Shown here: piece after piece, positions 1 to 11,977 of the stretch
How positions within the stretch are numbered: position 1 is the first letter of the stretch
Layout of the letters: each line of letters opens with the position of its first letter
Assembly: GCA_950097015.1 (NCBI GenBank)
Contig: CATNEN010000001.1
Coordinates: 17,546,001 to 17,610,000, forward strand
DNA: 64,000 nt
From: Macrostomum hystrix
Taxonomy: Eukaryota > Animalia > Platyhelminthes
Direction: 5' to 3'
Notes under the pieces: generated by a model
Told to the model about the DNA's origin: nothing
The model's input: only the letters and a program-made list of their open reading frames with translations
The model's database searches: none
Position numbers and translations under genes: made by a program

Positions 1-638
1 GGAGTGGTAACAAGTAAAGCCTCTGAAGCAACAATTGGCTTTAACCTACAACACAACATAGTAGTAGAATAGCTAGAACCTAATTATAAACTTAGGCCTA
101 TAATTACAAACAATACACATATTTATGCCAGCAACTAGTTATACAATTTAGCTAGCTACAGGCCTACAGCTAGCAGCTAGGCAATAGTATACTAGAATAG
201 CTAATTATTATGCCTGCTCAATATACAGCTAGCATAGGTTTTAAGCTTTACTATATTATTTCTATATTAAACTAGGGCATAGGCGGCGATAGGCCTAGCT
301 AAAAACTGAGCGCCATCCTATTCCTGCCATACTTTTAAAGTTTAGTCTTACTGTTCTCGAGTTCTAATGGACTAATATGTAAGATATACCATAATGCTGT
401 GACTGTCTAATGTTTCAATGACTTGGAAATAAAAAAATAATAAACAGCTAGGCCCTGGGCTTACATAAATTAATATTACCTGTTAGCACTTGTACTAAGC
501 CATTCAAATATTTGTCTAGTGACACTAAAATTATTGTTACTAAAAAGTAGTAAAATAGATATTTTGCATTAGCGAACTAAAAAAATTAGCAGAAACGGCT
601 GTTCAAATTTGTGCCATAAAAGGCCTTTATGCGCTTAA

Positions 639-725
639 AAAAGGCGGTCTATATCATGCTACGATATCATATAGCATGATATGGACCGCCTTTTAGGCGG
701 TTTTCGCCGTGTTCTATACCGCCTA
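639..725. other. Hairpin/palindrome cluster: 23-bp stem plus a second 8-bp stem, with four alternating GGCGGT/ACCGCC sites
   Basis: AAAAGGCGGTCTATATCATGCTA (639-661) pairs with TAGCATGATATGGACCGCCTTTT (672-694) with one G-T pair; TAGGCGGT (694-701) pairs with ACCGCCTA (718-725). Confidence 0.85.
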
Positions 726-1619
726 ACGTGTATATACGGGTGATCCAAGCCACACCCGGCATTAACATCGTTGAGATGCAAGAAGGGGCCTATTATGTAC
801 TTCAGGGCCCGCCCACGCAGCAGCGAGTTCGGGACTTGCTGGCAGCTCAGGGCATCGAGCTACCAGAGCCCGCAGGTTGGTGGCAGCAGCTAGGCTCCAA
901 ATCAGGCTACGACAGCATGTCTGATTCCGAGTGAGCTTCCCGAACACGGCTTCCCTAATTTTAAATCCCTACTTCAAAATCCCTAATTTCTTGCATTTCT
1001 TAATTTCTTGAAAAAAGACTTGCATTTTGTATTTTTTTGCTGTATACTGTATTGCCGATTTGGCTCTTCTTCTGCTTCTTTTCTTGCCCCCGTGTTGTCA
1101 ATCTCATCCTGCTAAGCACCTCCATATTATGCACACTTTCTTCCTATTGTATATATCACAGAAACAATTACATTTTATCTTTTCTTGCTTATCATGTTGT
1201 ATATAATCATTATGTTGTCAATTATTAAATATTACTATCTATGTTGTCTTCCACACCAATCAAACACCTCTGCGCTGTAACATATTTTAGTTTTTTATCC
1301 CTTAATGTGATTGCGTTTTTTTTTTCAAGTAAAATGTGCTTTTAGGGCTTAAGCAAATAGCTCTTTGTTAAGGAAACAACTCTTCGTATTCGTTAGATTT
1401 TTTAAAGTAAAAGTTTTAGGGCTAAATTAGGATGTATTATAATTTGAATACTACCAAGCTAGAAAATCAAATTTTCCATTTTATACTACTAATTAGTAGA
1501 GTCAGAGCAGATTATGAAATATTACCCCTGGTTGCTTTGTTTAAGGAAAAAAGATAGCATGCTTTATTACGTGCTTTGCACAGGCCGAAATTCATAATTA
1601 ATTTTCTTTTCAGCAAACC

Positions 1620-2027
1620 ATGTCTGCGAGAAGGAAGACCCAAATTCCGATGGCCGAGTATTCGCGAATAATCGGCAGCGCCGTCCGCAGGGCTATTCAT
1701 GATGTTATAGCCGCCATCGTAGACGGTTGCGGCGGCGTCTGCGAACTAATGTGGCTGGCCTATCAGGCGCTCCCAACGGCCGGGATCGATGAGATCATGC
1801 TGCTGTTGGCCGGTTACCATAACCGGCACGCGGCAATCCAAGCCACACCCGGCATTAACATCGTTGAGATGCAAGAAGGGGCCTATTATGTACTTCAGGG
1901 CCCGCCCACGCAGCAGCGAGTTCGGGACTTGCTGGCAGCTCAGGGCATCGAGCTACCAGAGCCCGCAGGTTGGTGGCAGCAGCTAGGCTCCAAATCAGGC
2001 TACGACAGCATGTCTGATTCCGAGTGA
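1620..2027 (+). CDS. 135-aa orphan protein, array copy 1
   Basis: GC-rich ORF coinciding with a composition shift; ATG in AAACCATG context directly after a pyrimidine-tract/CAG acceptor; no recognised domain. Confidence 0.55.
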   Translation: MSARRKTQIPMAEYSRIIGSAVRRAIHDVIAAIVDGCGGVCELMWLAYQALPTAGIDEIMLLLAGYHNRHAAIQATPGINIVEMQEGAYYVLQGPPTQQRVRDLLAAQGIELPEPAGWWQQLGSKSGYDSMSDSE

Positions 2028-2712
2028 GCTTCCTGAACACGGCTTCCCTAATTTTAAATCCCTACTTCAAAATCCCTAATTTCTTGCATTTCTTAATTTC
2101 TTGAAAAAAGACTTGCATTTTGTATTTTTTTGCTGTATACTGTATTGCCGATTTGGCTCTTCTTCTGCTTCTTTTCTTGCCCCCGTGTTGTCAATCTCAT
2201 CATGCTAAGCACCTCAATATTATGCACACTTTCTTCCTATTGTATATATCACAGAAACAATTACATTTTATCTTTTCTTGTTTATCATGTTGTATATAAT
2301 CATTATGTTGTCAATTATTAAATATTACTATCTATGTTGTCTTCTACACCAATCAAACACCTCTGCGCTGTAACATATTTTAGTTTTTTATCCCCTAATG
2401 TGATTGCGTTTTTTGTTTCAAGTAAAATGTGCTTTTAGGGCTTAAGCAAATAGCTCTTTGTTAAGGAAACAACTCTTCATATTCGTTAGATTTTTTAAAG
2501 TAAAAGTTTTAGGGCTAAATTAGGATGTATTATAATTTGAATACTACCAAGCTAGAAAATCAAATTTTCCATTTTATACTACTAATTAGTAGAGTCAGAG
2601 CAGATTATGAAATATTACCCCTGGTTGCTTTGTTTAAGGAAAAAAGATAGCATGCTTTATTACGTGCTTTGCACAGGCCGAAATTCATAATTAATTTTCT
2701 TTTCAGCAAACC

Positions 2713-3120
2713 ATGTCTGCGAGAAGGAAGACCCAAATTCCGATGGCCGAGTATTCGCGAATAATCGGCAGCGCCGTCCGCAGGGCTATTCATGATGTTA
2801 TAGCCGCCATCGTAGACGGTTGCGGCGGCGTCTGCGAACTAATGTGGCTGGCCTATCAGGCGCTCCCAACGGCCGGGATCGATGAGATCATGCTGCTGTT
2901 GGCCGGTTACCATAACCGGCACGCGGCAATCCAAGCCACACCCGGCATTAACATCGTTGAGATGCAAGAAGGGGCCTATTATGTACTTCAGGGCCCGCCC
3001 ACGCAGCAGCGAGTTCGGGACTTGCTGGCAGCTCAGGGCATCGAGCTACCAGAGCCCGCAGGTTGGTGGCAGCAGCTAGGCTCCGAATCAGGCTACGACA
3101 GCATGTCTGATTCCGAGTGA
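2713..3120 (+). CDS. 135-aa orphan protein, array copy 2
   Basis: Identical to copy 1 except a K/E variant near the C-terminus. Confidence 0.55.
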   Translation: MSARRKTQIPMAEYSRIIGSAVRRAIHDVIAAIVDGCGGVCELMWLAYQALPTAGIDEIMLLLAGYHNRHAAIQATPGINIVEMQEGAYYVLQGPPTQQRVRDLLAAQGIELPEPAGWWQQLGSESGYDSMSDSE

Positions 3121-3804
3121 GCTTCCCGAACACGGCTTCCCTAATTTTAAATCCGTACTTCAAAATCCCTAATTTCTTGCATTTCTTAATTTCTTGAAAA
3201 AAGACTTGCATTTTGTATTTTTTTGCTGTATACTGTATTGCCGATTTGGCTCTTCTTCTGCTTCTTTTCTTGCCCCCGTGTTGTCAATCTCATCCTGCTA
3301 AGCACCTCCATATTATGCACACTTTCTTCCTATTGTATATATCACAGAAACAATTACATTTTATCTTTTCTTGCTTATCATGTTGTATATAATCATTATG
3401 TTGTCAATTATTAAATATTACTATCTATGTTGTCTTCCACACCAATCAAACACCTCTGCGCTGTAACATATTTTAGTTTTTTTATCCCTTAATGTGATTG
3501 CGTTTTTTTTCAAGTAAAATGTGCTTTTAGGGCTTAAGCAAATAGCTCTTTGTTAAGGAAACAACTCTTCATATTCGTTAGATTTTTTAAAGTAAAAGTT
3601 TTAGGGCTAAATTAGGATGTATTATAATTTGAATACTACCAAGCTAGAAAATCAAATTTTCCATTTTATACTACTAATTAGTAGAGTCAGAGCAGATTAT
3701 GAAATATTACCCCTGGTTGCTTTGTTTAAGGAAAAAAGATAGCATGCTTTATTACGTGCTTTGCACAGGCCGAAATTCATAATTAATTTTCTTTTCAGCA
3801 AACC

Positions 3805-4212
3805 ATGTCTGCGAGAAGGAAGACCCAAATTCCGATGGCCGAGTATTCGCGAATAATCGGCAGCGCCGTCCGCAGGGCTATTCATGATGTTATAGCCGCC
3901 ATCGTAGACGGTTGCGGCGGCGTCTGCGAACTAATGTGGCTGGCCTATCAGGCGCTCCCAACGGCCGGGATCGATGAGATCATGCTGCTGTTGGCCGGTT
4001 ACCATAACCGGCACGCGGCAATCCAAGCCACACCCGGCATTAACATCGTTGAGATGCAAGAAGGGGCCTATTATGTACTTCAGGGCCCGCCCACGCAGCA
4101 GCGAGTTCGGGACTTGCTGGCAGCTCAGGGCATCGAGCTACCAGAGCCCGCAGGTTGGTGGCAGCAGCTAGGCTCCGAATCAGGCTACGACAGCATGTCT
4201 GATTCCGAGTGA
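3805..4212 (+). CDS. 135-aa orphan protein, array copy 3
   Basis: Same ORF as the other copies. Confidence 0.55.
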   Translation: MSARRKTQIPMAEYSRIIGSAVRRAIHDVIAAIVDGCGGVCELMWLAYQALPTAGIDEIMLLLAGYHNRHAAIQATPGINIVEMQEGAYYVLQGPPTQQRVRDLLAAQGIELPEPAGWWQQLGSESGYDSMSDSE

Positions 4213-4897
4213 GCTTCCCGAACACGGCTTCCCTAATTTTAAATCCCTACTTCAAAATCCCTAATTTCTTGCATTTCTTAACTTCTTGAAAAAAGACTTG
4301 CATTTTGTATTTTTTTGCTGTATACTGTATTGCCGATTTGGCTCTTCTTCTGCTTCTTTTCTTGCCCCCGTGTTGTCAATCTCATCATGCTAAGCACCTC
4401 AATATTATGCACACTTTCTTCCTATTGTATATATCACAGAAACAATTACATTTTATCTTTTCTTGTTTATCATGTTGTATATAATCATTATGTTGTCAAT
4501 TATTAAATATTACTATCTATGTTGTCTTCCACACCAATCAAACACCTCTGCGCTGTAACATATTTTAGTTTTTTATCCCTTAATGTGATTGCGCTTTTTG
4601 TTTCAAGTAAAATGTGCTTTTAGGGCTTAAGCAAATAGCTCTTTGTTAAGGAAACAACTCTTCGTATTCGTTAGATTTTTTAAAGTAAAAGTTTTAGGGC
4701 TAAATTAGGATGTATTATAATTTGAATACTACCAAGCTAGAAAATCAAATTTTCCATTTTATACTACTAATTAGTAGAGTCAGAGCAGATTATGAAATAT
4801 TACCCCTGGTTGCTTTGTTTAAGGAAAAAAGATAGCATGCTTTATTACGTGCTTTGCACAGGCCGAAATTCATAATTAATTTTCTTTTCAGCAAAAC

Positions 4898-5566
4898 ATG
4901 TCTGCGAGAAGGAAGACCCGGGGGGCAATGGCCTGCGCCTCCACGAGGTGCCCCCCGGAGGACGCAAGTCCTACGAAATGCAGGCCATCAAACGGGCCCT
5001 CCCAAAGCCCAGCAAAGCACAGCACAGCACAGCCCTATCTCCCTGCCCGGAGCCCGCTGCGGTCTTTGAATGCTGTGCTTCCGTGCTGGCCCTGCTTGGG
5101 AAGGCGGGCATCATCTGATGCCCGGTGCCATGGGCCCTGGCCCGCGCACGCCCGAAGAAGAAGAAGAAGAAGGAAGACCCAAATTCCGATGGCCGAGTAT
5201 TCGCGAATAATCGGCAGCGCCGTCCGCAGGGCTATTCATGATGTTATAGCCGCCATCGTAGACGGTTGCGGCGGCGTCTGCGAACTAATGTGGCTGGCCT
5301 ATCAGGCGCTCCCAACGGCCGGGATCGATGAGATCATGCTGCTGTTGGCCGGTTACCATAACCGGCACGCGGCAATCCAAGCCACACCCGGCATTAACAT
5401 CGTTGAGATGCAAGAAGGGGCCTATTATGTACTTCAGGGCCCGCCCACGCAGCAGCGAGTTCGGGACTTGCTGGCAGCTCAGGGCATCGAGCTACCAGAG
5501 CCCGCAGGTTGGTGGCAGCAGCTAGGCTCCAAATCAGGCTACGACAGCATGTCTGATTCCGAGTGA
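4898..5566 (+). CDS. 222-aa long variant of the array protein (261-bp in-frame insert), copy 4
   Basis: Same ORF with 87 extra codons bounded by the direct repeat AGAAGGAAGACCC. Confidence 0.5.
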   Translation: MSARRKTRGAMACASTRCPPEDASPTKCRPSNGPSQSPAKHSTAQPYLPARSPLRSLNAVLPCWPCLGRRASSDARCHGPWPAHARRRRRRRKTQIPMAEYSRIIGSAVRRAIHDVIAAIVDGCGGVCELMWLAYQALPTAGIDEIMLLLAGYHNRHAAIQATPGINIVEMQEGAYYVLQGPPTQQRVRDLLAAQGIELPEPAGWWQQLGSKSGYDSMSDSE

Positions 5567-6249
5567 GCTTCCCGAACACGGCTTCCCTAATTTTAAATCC
5601 CTACTTCAAAATCCCTAATTTCTTGCATTTCTTAATTTCTTGAAAAAAGACTTGCATTTTGTATTTTTTGCTGTATACTGTATTGCCGATTTGGCTCTTC
5701 TTCTGCTTCTTTTCTTGCCCCCGTGTTGTCAATCTCATCCTGCTAAGCACCTCCATATTATGCACACTTTCTTCCTATTGTATATATCACAGAAACAATT
5801 ACATTTTATCTTTTCTTGCTTATCATGTTGTATATAATCATTATGTTGTCAATTATTAAATATTACTATCTATGTTGTCTTCCACACCAATCAAACACCT
5901 CTGCGCTGTAACATATTTTAGTTTTTTTATCCCTTAATGTGATTGCGTTTTTTTTCAAGTAAAATGTGCTTTTAGGGCTTAAGCAAATAGCTCTTTGTTA
6001 AGGAAACAACTCTTCATATTCGTTAGATTTTTTAAAGTAAAAGTTTTAGGGCTAAATTAGGATGTATTATAATTTGAATACTACCAAGCTAGAAAATCAA
6101 ATTTTCCATTTTATACTACTAATTAGTAGAGTCAGAGCAGATTATGAAATATTACCCCTGGTTGCTTTGTTTAAGGAAAAAAGATAGCATGCTTTATTAC
6201 GTGCTTTGCACAGGCCGAAATTCATAATTAATTTTCTTTTCAGCAAACC

Positions 6250-6657
6250 ATGTCTGCGAGAAGGAAGACCCAAATTCCGATGGCCGAGTATTCGCGAATA
6301 ATCGGCAGCGCCGTCCGCAGGGCTATTCATGATGTTATAGCCGCCATCGTAGACGGTTGCGGCGGCGTCTGCGAACTAATGTGGCTGGCCTATCAGGCGC
6401 TCCCAACGGCCGGGATCGATGAGATCATGCTGCTGTTGGCCGGTTACCATAACCGGCACGCGGCAATCCAAGCCACACCCGGCATTAACATCGTTGAGAT
6501 GCAAGAAGGGGCCTATTATGTACTTCAGGGCCCGCCCACGCAGCAGCGAGTTCGGGACTTGCTGGCAGCTCAGGGCATCGAGCTACCAGAGCCCGCAGGT
6601 TGGTGGCAGCAGCTAGGCTCCGAATCAGGCTACGACAGCATGTCTGATTCCGAGTGA
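6250..6657 (+). CDS. 135-aa orphan protein, array copy 5
   Basis: Same ORF as the other copies. Confidence 0.55.
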   Translation: MSARRKTQIPMAEYSRIIGSAVRRAIHDVIAAIVDGCGGVCELMWLAYQALPTAGIDEIMLLLAGYHNRHAAIQATPGINIVEMQEGAYYVLQGPPTQQRVRDLLAAQGIELPEPAGWWQQLGSESGYDSMSDSE

Positions 6658-7343
6658 GCTTCCCGAACACGGCTTCCCTAATTTTAAATCCCTACTTCAA
6701 AATCCCTAATTTCTTGCATTTCTTAATTTCTTGAAAAAAGACTTGCATTTTGTATTTTTTTGCTGTATACTGTATTGCCGATTTGGCTCTTCTTCTGCTT
6801 CTTTTCTTGCCCCCGTGTTGTCAATCTCATCCTGCTAAGCACCTCCATATTATGCACACTTTCTTCCTATTGTATATATCACAGAAACAATTACATTTTA
6901 CCTTTTCTTGCTTATCATGTTGTATATAATCATTATGTTGTCAATTATTAAATATTACTATCTATGTTGTCTTCCACACCAATCAAACACCTCTGCGCTG
7001 TAACATATTTTAGTTTTTTTATCCCTTAATGTGATTGCGTTTTTTTTCTCAAGTAAAATGTGCTTTTAGGGCTTAAGCAAATAGCTCTTTGTTAAGGAAA
7101 CAACTCTTCATATTCGTTAGATTTTTTAAAGTAAAAGTTTTAGGGCTAAATTAGGATGTATTATAATTTGAATACTACCAAGCTAGAAAATCAAATTTTC
7201 CATTTTATACTACTAATTAGTAGAGTCAGAGCAGATTATGAAATATTACCCCTGGTTGCTTTGTTTAAGGAAAAAAGATAGCATGCTTTATTACGTGCTT
7301 TGCACAGGCCGAAATTCATAATTAATTTTCTTTTCAGCAAAAC

Positions 7344-8012
7344 ATGTCTGCGAGAAGGAAGACCCGGGGGGCAATGGCCTGCGCCTCCACGAGGTGCCCC
7401 CCGGAGGACGCAAGTCCTACGAAATGCAGGCCATCAAACGGGCCCTCCCAAAGCCCAGCAAAGCACAGCACAGCACAGCCCTATCTCCCTGCCCGGAGCC
7501 CGCTGCGGTCTTTGAATGCTGTGCTTCCGTGCTGGCCCTGCTTGGGAAGGCGGGCATCATCTGATGCCCGGTGCCATGGGCCCTGGCCCGCGCACGCCCG
7601 AAGAAGAAGAAGAAGAAGGAAGACCCAAATTCCGATGGCCGAGTATTCGCGAATAATCGGCAGCGCCGTCCGCAGGGCTATTCATGATGTTATAGCCGCC
7701 ATCGTAGACGGTTGCGGCGGCGTCTGCGAACTAATGTGGCTGGCCTATCAGGCGCTCCCAACGGCCGGGATCGATGAGATCATGCTGCTGTTGGCCGGTT
7801 ACCATAACCGGCACGCGGCAATCCAAGCCACACCCGGCATTAACATCGTTGAGATGCAAGAAGGGGCCTATTATGTACTTCAGGGCCCGCCCACGCAGCA
7901 GCGAGTTCGGGACTTGCTGGCAGCTCAGGGCATCGAGCTACCAGAGCCCGCAGGTTGGTGGCAGCAGCTAGGCTCCGAATCAGGCTACGACAGCATGTCT
8001 GATTCCGAGTGA
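7344..8012 (+). CDS. 222-aa long variant of the array protein, copy 6
   Basis: Carries the same insert as copy 4. Confidence 0.5.
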   Translation: MSARRKTRGAMACASTRCPPEDASPTKCRPSNGPSQSPAKHSTAQPYLPARSPLRSLNAVLPCWPCLGRRASSDARCHGPWPAHARRRRRRRKTQIPMAEYSRIIGSAVRRAIHDVIAAIVDGCGGVCELMWLAYQALPTAGIDEIMLLLAGYHNRHAAIQATPGINIVEMQEGAYYVLQGPPTQQRVRDLLAAQGIELPEPAGWWQQLGSESGYDSMSDSE

Positions 8013-8698
8013 GCTTCCCGAACACGGCTTCCCTAATTTTAAATCCGTACTTCAAAATCCCTAATTTCTTGCATTTCTTAATTTCTTGAAAAAAGACTTG
8101 CATTTTGTATTTTTTTGCTGTATACTGTATTGCCGATTTGGCTCTTCTTCTGCTTCTTTTCTTGCCCCCGTGTTGTCAATCTCATCATGCTAAGCACCTC
8201 AATATTATGCACACTTTCTTCCTATTGTATATATCACAGAAACAATTACATTTTATCTTTTCTTGTTTATCATGTTGTATATAATCATTATGTTGTAAAT
8301 TATTAAATATTACTATCTATGTTGTCTTCCACACCAATCAAACACCTCTGCGCTGTAACATATTTTAGTTTTTTAATCCCTTAATGTGATTGCGTTTTTT
8401 GTTTTAAGTAAAATGTGCTTTTAGGGCTTAAGCAAATAGCTCTTTGTTAAGGAAACAACTTCATATTTGTTAGATTTTTTAAAGTAAAAGTTTTAGGGCT
8501 AAATTAGGATGTATTATAATTTGAATACTACCAAGCTAGAAAATCAAATTTTCCATTTTATACTACTAATTAGTAGAGTCATAGAGCAGATTATGAAATA
8601 TTACCCCTGGTTGCTTTGTTTAAGGAAAAAAGATAGCATGCTTTATTACGTGCTTTGCACAGGCCGAAATTCATAATTAATTTTCTTTTCAGCAAACC

Positions 8699-9106
8699 AT
8701 GTCTGCGAGAAGGAAGACCCAAATTCCGATGGCCGAGTATTCGCGAATAATCGGCAGCGCCGTCCGCAGGGCTATTCATGATGTTATAGCCGCCATCGTA
8801 GACGGTTGCGGCGGCGTCTGCGAACTAATGTGGCTGGCCTATCAGGCGCTCCCAACGGCCGGGATCGATGAGATCATGCTGCTGTTGGCCGGTTACCATA
8901 ACCGGCACGCGGCAATCCAAGCCACACCCGGCATTAACATCGTTGAGATGCAAGAAGGGGCCTATTATGTACTTCAGGGCCCGCCCACGCAGCAGCGAGT
9001 TCGGGACTTGCTGGCAGCTCAGGGCATCGAGCTACCAGAGCCCGCAGGTTGGTGGCAGCAGCTAGGCTCCGAATCAGGCTACGACAGCATGTCTGATTCC
9101 GAGTGA
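8699..9106 (+). CDS. 135-aa orphan protein, array copy 7
   Basis: Same ORF as the other copies. Confidence 0.55.
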   Translation: MSARRKTQIPMAEYSRIIGSAVRRAIHDVIAAIVDGCGGVCELMWLAYQALPTAGIDEIMLLLAGYHNRHAAIQATPGINIVEMQEGAYYVLQGPPTQQRVRDLLAAQGIELPEPAGWWQQLGSESGYDSMSDSE

Positions 9107-9790
9107 GCTTCCCGAACACGGCTTCCCTAATTTTAAATCCCTACTTCAAAATCCCTAATTTCTTGCATTTCTTAATTTCTTGAAAAAAGACTTGCATTTT
9201 GTATTTTTTTGCTGTATACTGTATTGCCGATTTGGCTCTTCTTCTGCTTCTTTTCTTGCCCCCGTGTTGTCAATCTCATCCTGCTAAGCACCTCCATATT
9301 ATGCACACTTTCTTCCTATTGTATATATCACAGAAACAATTACATTTTATCTTTTCTTGCTTATCATGTTGTATATAATCATTATGTTGTCAATTATTAA
9401 ATATTACTATCTATGTTGTCTTCCACACCAATCAAACACCTCTGCGCTGTAACATATTTTAGTTTTTTATCCCTTAATGTGATTGCGTTTTTTTTTCAAG
9501 TAAAATGTGCTTTTAGGGCTTAAGCAAATAGCTCTTTGTTAAGGAAACAACTCTTCGTATTCGTTAGATTTTTTAAAGTAAAAGTTTTAGGGCTAAATTA
9601 GGATGTATTATAATTTGAATACTACCAAGCTAGAAAATCAAATTTTCCATTTTATACTACTAATTAGTAGAGTCAGAGCAGATTATGAAATATTACCCCT
9701 GGTTGCTTTGTTTAAGGAAAAAAGATAGCATGCTTTATTACGTGCTTTGCACAGGCCGAAATTCATAATTAATTTTCTTTTCAGCAAACC

Positions 9791-10198
9791 ATGTCTGCGA
9801 GAAGGAAGACCCAAATTCCGATGGCCGAGTATTCGCGAATAATCGGCAGCGCCGTCCGCAGGGCTATTCATGATGTTATAGCCGCCATCGTAGACGGTTG
9901 CGGCGGCGTCTGCGAACTAATGTGGCTGGCCTATCAGGCGCTCCCAACGGCCGGGATCGATGAGATCATGCTGCTGTTGGCCGGTTACCATAACCGGCAC
10001 GCGGCAATCCAAGCCACACCCGGCATTAACATCGTTGAGATGCAAGAAGGGGCCTATTATGTACTTCAGGGCCCGCCCACGCAGCAGCGAGTTCGGGACT
10101 TGCTGGCAGCTCAGGGCATCGAGCTACCAGAGCCCGCAGGTTGGTGGCAGCAGCTAGGCTCCAAATCAGGCTACGACAGCATGTCTGATTCCGAGTGA
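9791..10198 (+). CDS. 135-aa orphan protein, array copy 8
   Basis: Same ORF as the other copies. Confidence 0.55.
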   Translation: MSARRKTQIPMAEYSRIIGSAVRRAIHDVIAAIVDGCGGVCELMWLAYQALPTAGIDEIMLLLAGYHNRHAAIQATPGINIVEMQEGAYYVLQGPPTQQRVRDLLAAQGIELPEPAGWWQQLGSKSGYDSMSDSE

Positions 10199-10883
10199 GC
10201 TTCCCGAACACGGCTTCCCTAATTTTAAATCCCTACTTCAAAATCCCTAATTTCTTGCATTTCTTAATTTCTTGAAAAAAGACTTGCATTTTGTATTTTT
10301 TTGCTGTATACTGTATTGCCGATTTGGCTCTTCTTCTGCTTCTTTTCTTGCCCCCGTGTTGTCAATCTCATCCTGCTAAGCACCTCCATATTATGCACAC
10401 TTTCTTCCTATTGTATATATCACAGAAACAATTACATTTTATCTTTTCTTGCTTATCATGTTGTATATAATCATTATGTTGTCAATTATTAAATATTACT
10501 ATCTATGTTGTCTTCCACACCAATCAAACACCTCTGCGCTGTAACATATTTTAGTTTTTTATCCCTTAATGTGATTGCGTTTTTTGTTTCAAGTAAAATG
10601 TGCTTTTAGGGCTTAAGCAAATAGCTCTTTGTTAAGGAAACAACTCTTCATATTCGTTAGATTTTTTAAAGTAAAAGTTTTAGGGCTAAATTAGGATGTA
10701 TTATAATTTGAATACTACCAAGCTAGAAAATCAAATTTTCCATTTTATACTACTAATTAGTAGAGTCAGAGCAGATTGTGAAATATTACCCCTGGTTGCT
10801 TTGTTTAAGGAAAAAAGATAGCATGCTTTATTACGTGCTTTGCACAGGCCGAAATTCATAATTAATTTTCTTTTCAGCAAACC

Positions 10884-11291
10884 ATGTCTGCGAGAAGGAA
10901 GACCCAAATTCCGATGGCCGAGTATTCGCGAATAATCGGCAGCGCCGTCCGCAGGGCTATTCATGATGTTATAGCCGCCATCGTAGACGGTTGCGGCGGC
11001 GTCTGCGAACTAATGTGGCTGGCCTATCAGGCGCTCCCAACGGCCGGGATCGATGAGATCATGCTGCTGTTGGCCGGTTACCATAACCGGCACGCGGCAA
11101 TCCAAGCCACACCCGGCATTAACATCGTTGAGATGCAAGAAGGGGCCTATTATGTACTTCAGGGCCCGCCCACGCAGCAGCGAGTTCGGGACTTGCTGGC
11201 AGCTCAGGGCATCGAGCTACCAGAGCCCGCAGGTTGGTGGCAGCAGCTAGGCTCCGAATCAGGCTACGACAGCATGTCTGATTCCGAGTGA
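10884..11291 (+). CDS. 135-aa orphan protein, array copy 9
   Basis: Same ORF as the other copies. Confidence 0.55.
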   Translation: MSARRKTQIPMAEYSRIIGSAVRRAIHDVIAAIVDGCGGVCELMWLAYQALPTAGIDEIMLLLAGYHNRHAAIQATPGINIVEMQEGAYYVLQGPPTQQRVRDLLAAQGIELPEPAGWWQQLGSESGYDSMSDSE

Positions 11292-11977
11292 GCTTCCCGA
11301 ACACGGCTTCCCTAATTTTAAATCCCTACTTCAAAATCCCTAATTTCTTGCATTTCTTAATTTCTTGAAAAAAGACTTGCATTTTGTATTTTTTTGCTGT
11401 ATACTGTATTGCCGATTTGGCTCTTCTTCTGCTTCTTTTCTTGCCCCCGTGTTGTCAATCTCATCATGCTAAGCACCTCAATATTATGCACACTTTCTTC
11501 CTATTGTATATATCACAGAAACAATTACATTTTATCTTTTCTTGTTTATCATGTTGTATATAATCATTATGTTGTCAATTATTAAATATTACTATCTATG
11601 TTGTCTTCCACACCAATCAAACACCTCTGTGCTGTAACATATTTTAGTTTTTTATCCCTTAATGTGATTGCGTTTTTTGTTTCAAGTAAAATGTGCTTTT
11701 AGGGCTTAAGCAAATAGCTCTTTGTTAACGAACAACTCTTCATATACGTTTGATTTTTTTAAAGTAATAGTTTTAGGGCTAAATTAGGATGTATTATAAT
11801 TTGAATACTACCAAGCTAGAAAATCAAATTTTCCATTTTATACTACTAATTAGTAGAGTCATAGAGCAGATTATGAAATATTACCACTGGTTGCTTTGTT
11901 TAAGGAAATAGATAGCATGCTTTATTACGTGCTTTGCACAGGCCTAAATTCATAATTAATTTTCTTTTCAGCAAACC

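Noticed and set aside
1037-1228. 63-aa hydrophobic ORF, and the antisense 61-62-aa ORFs, in each array unit
   Set aside because: Non-ATG starts; they lie in T-rich spacer sequence or merely shadow the main ORF, with no independent coding signal.
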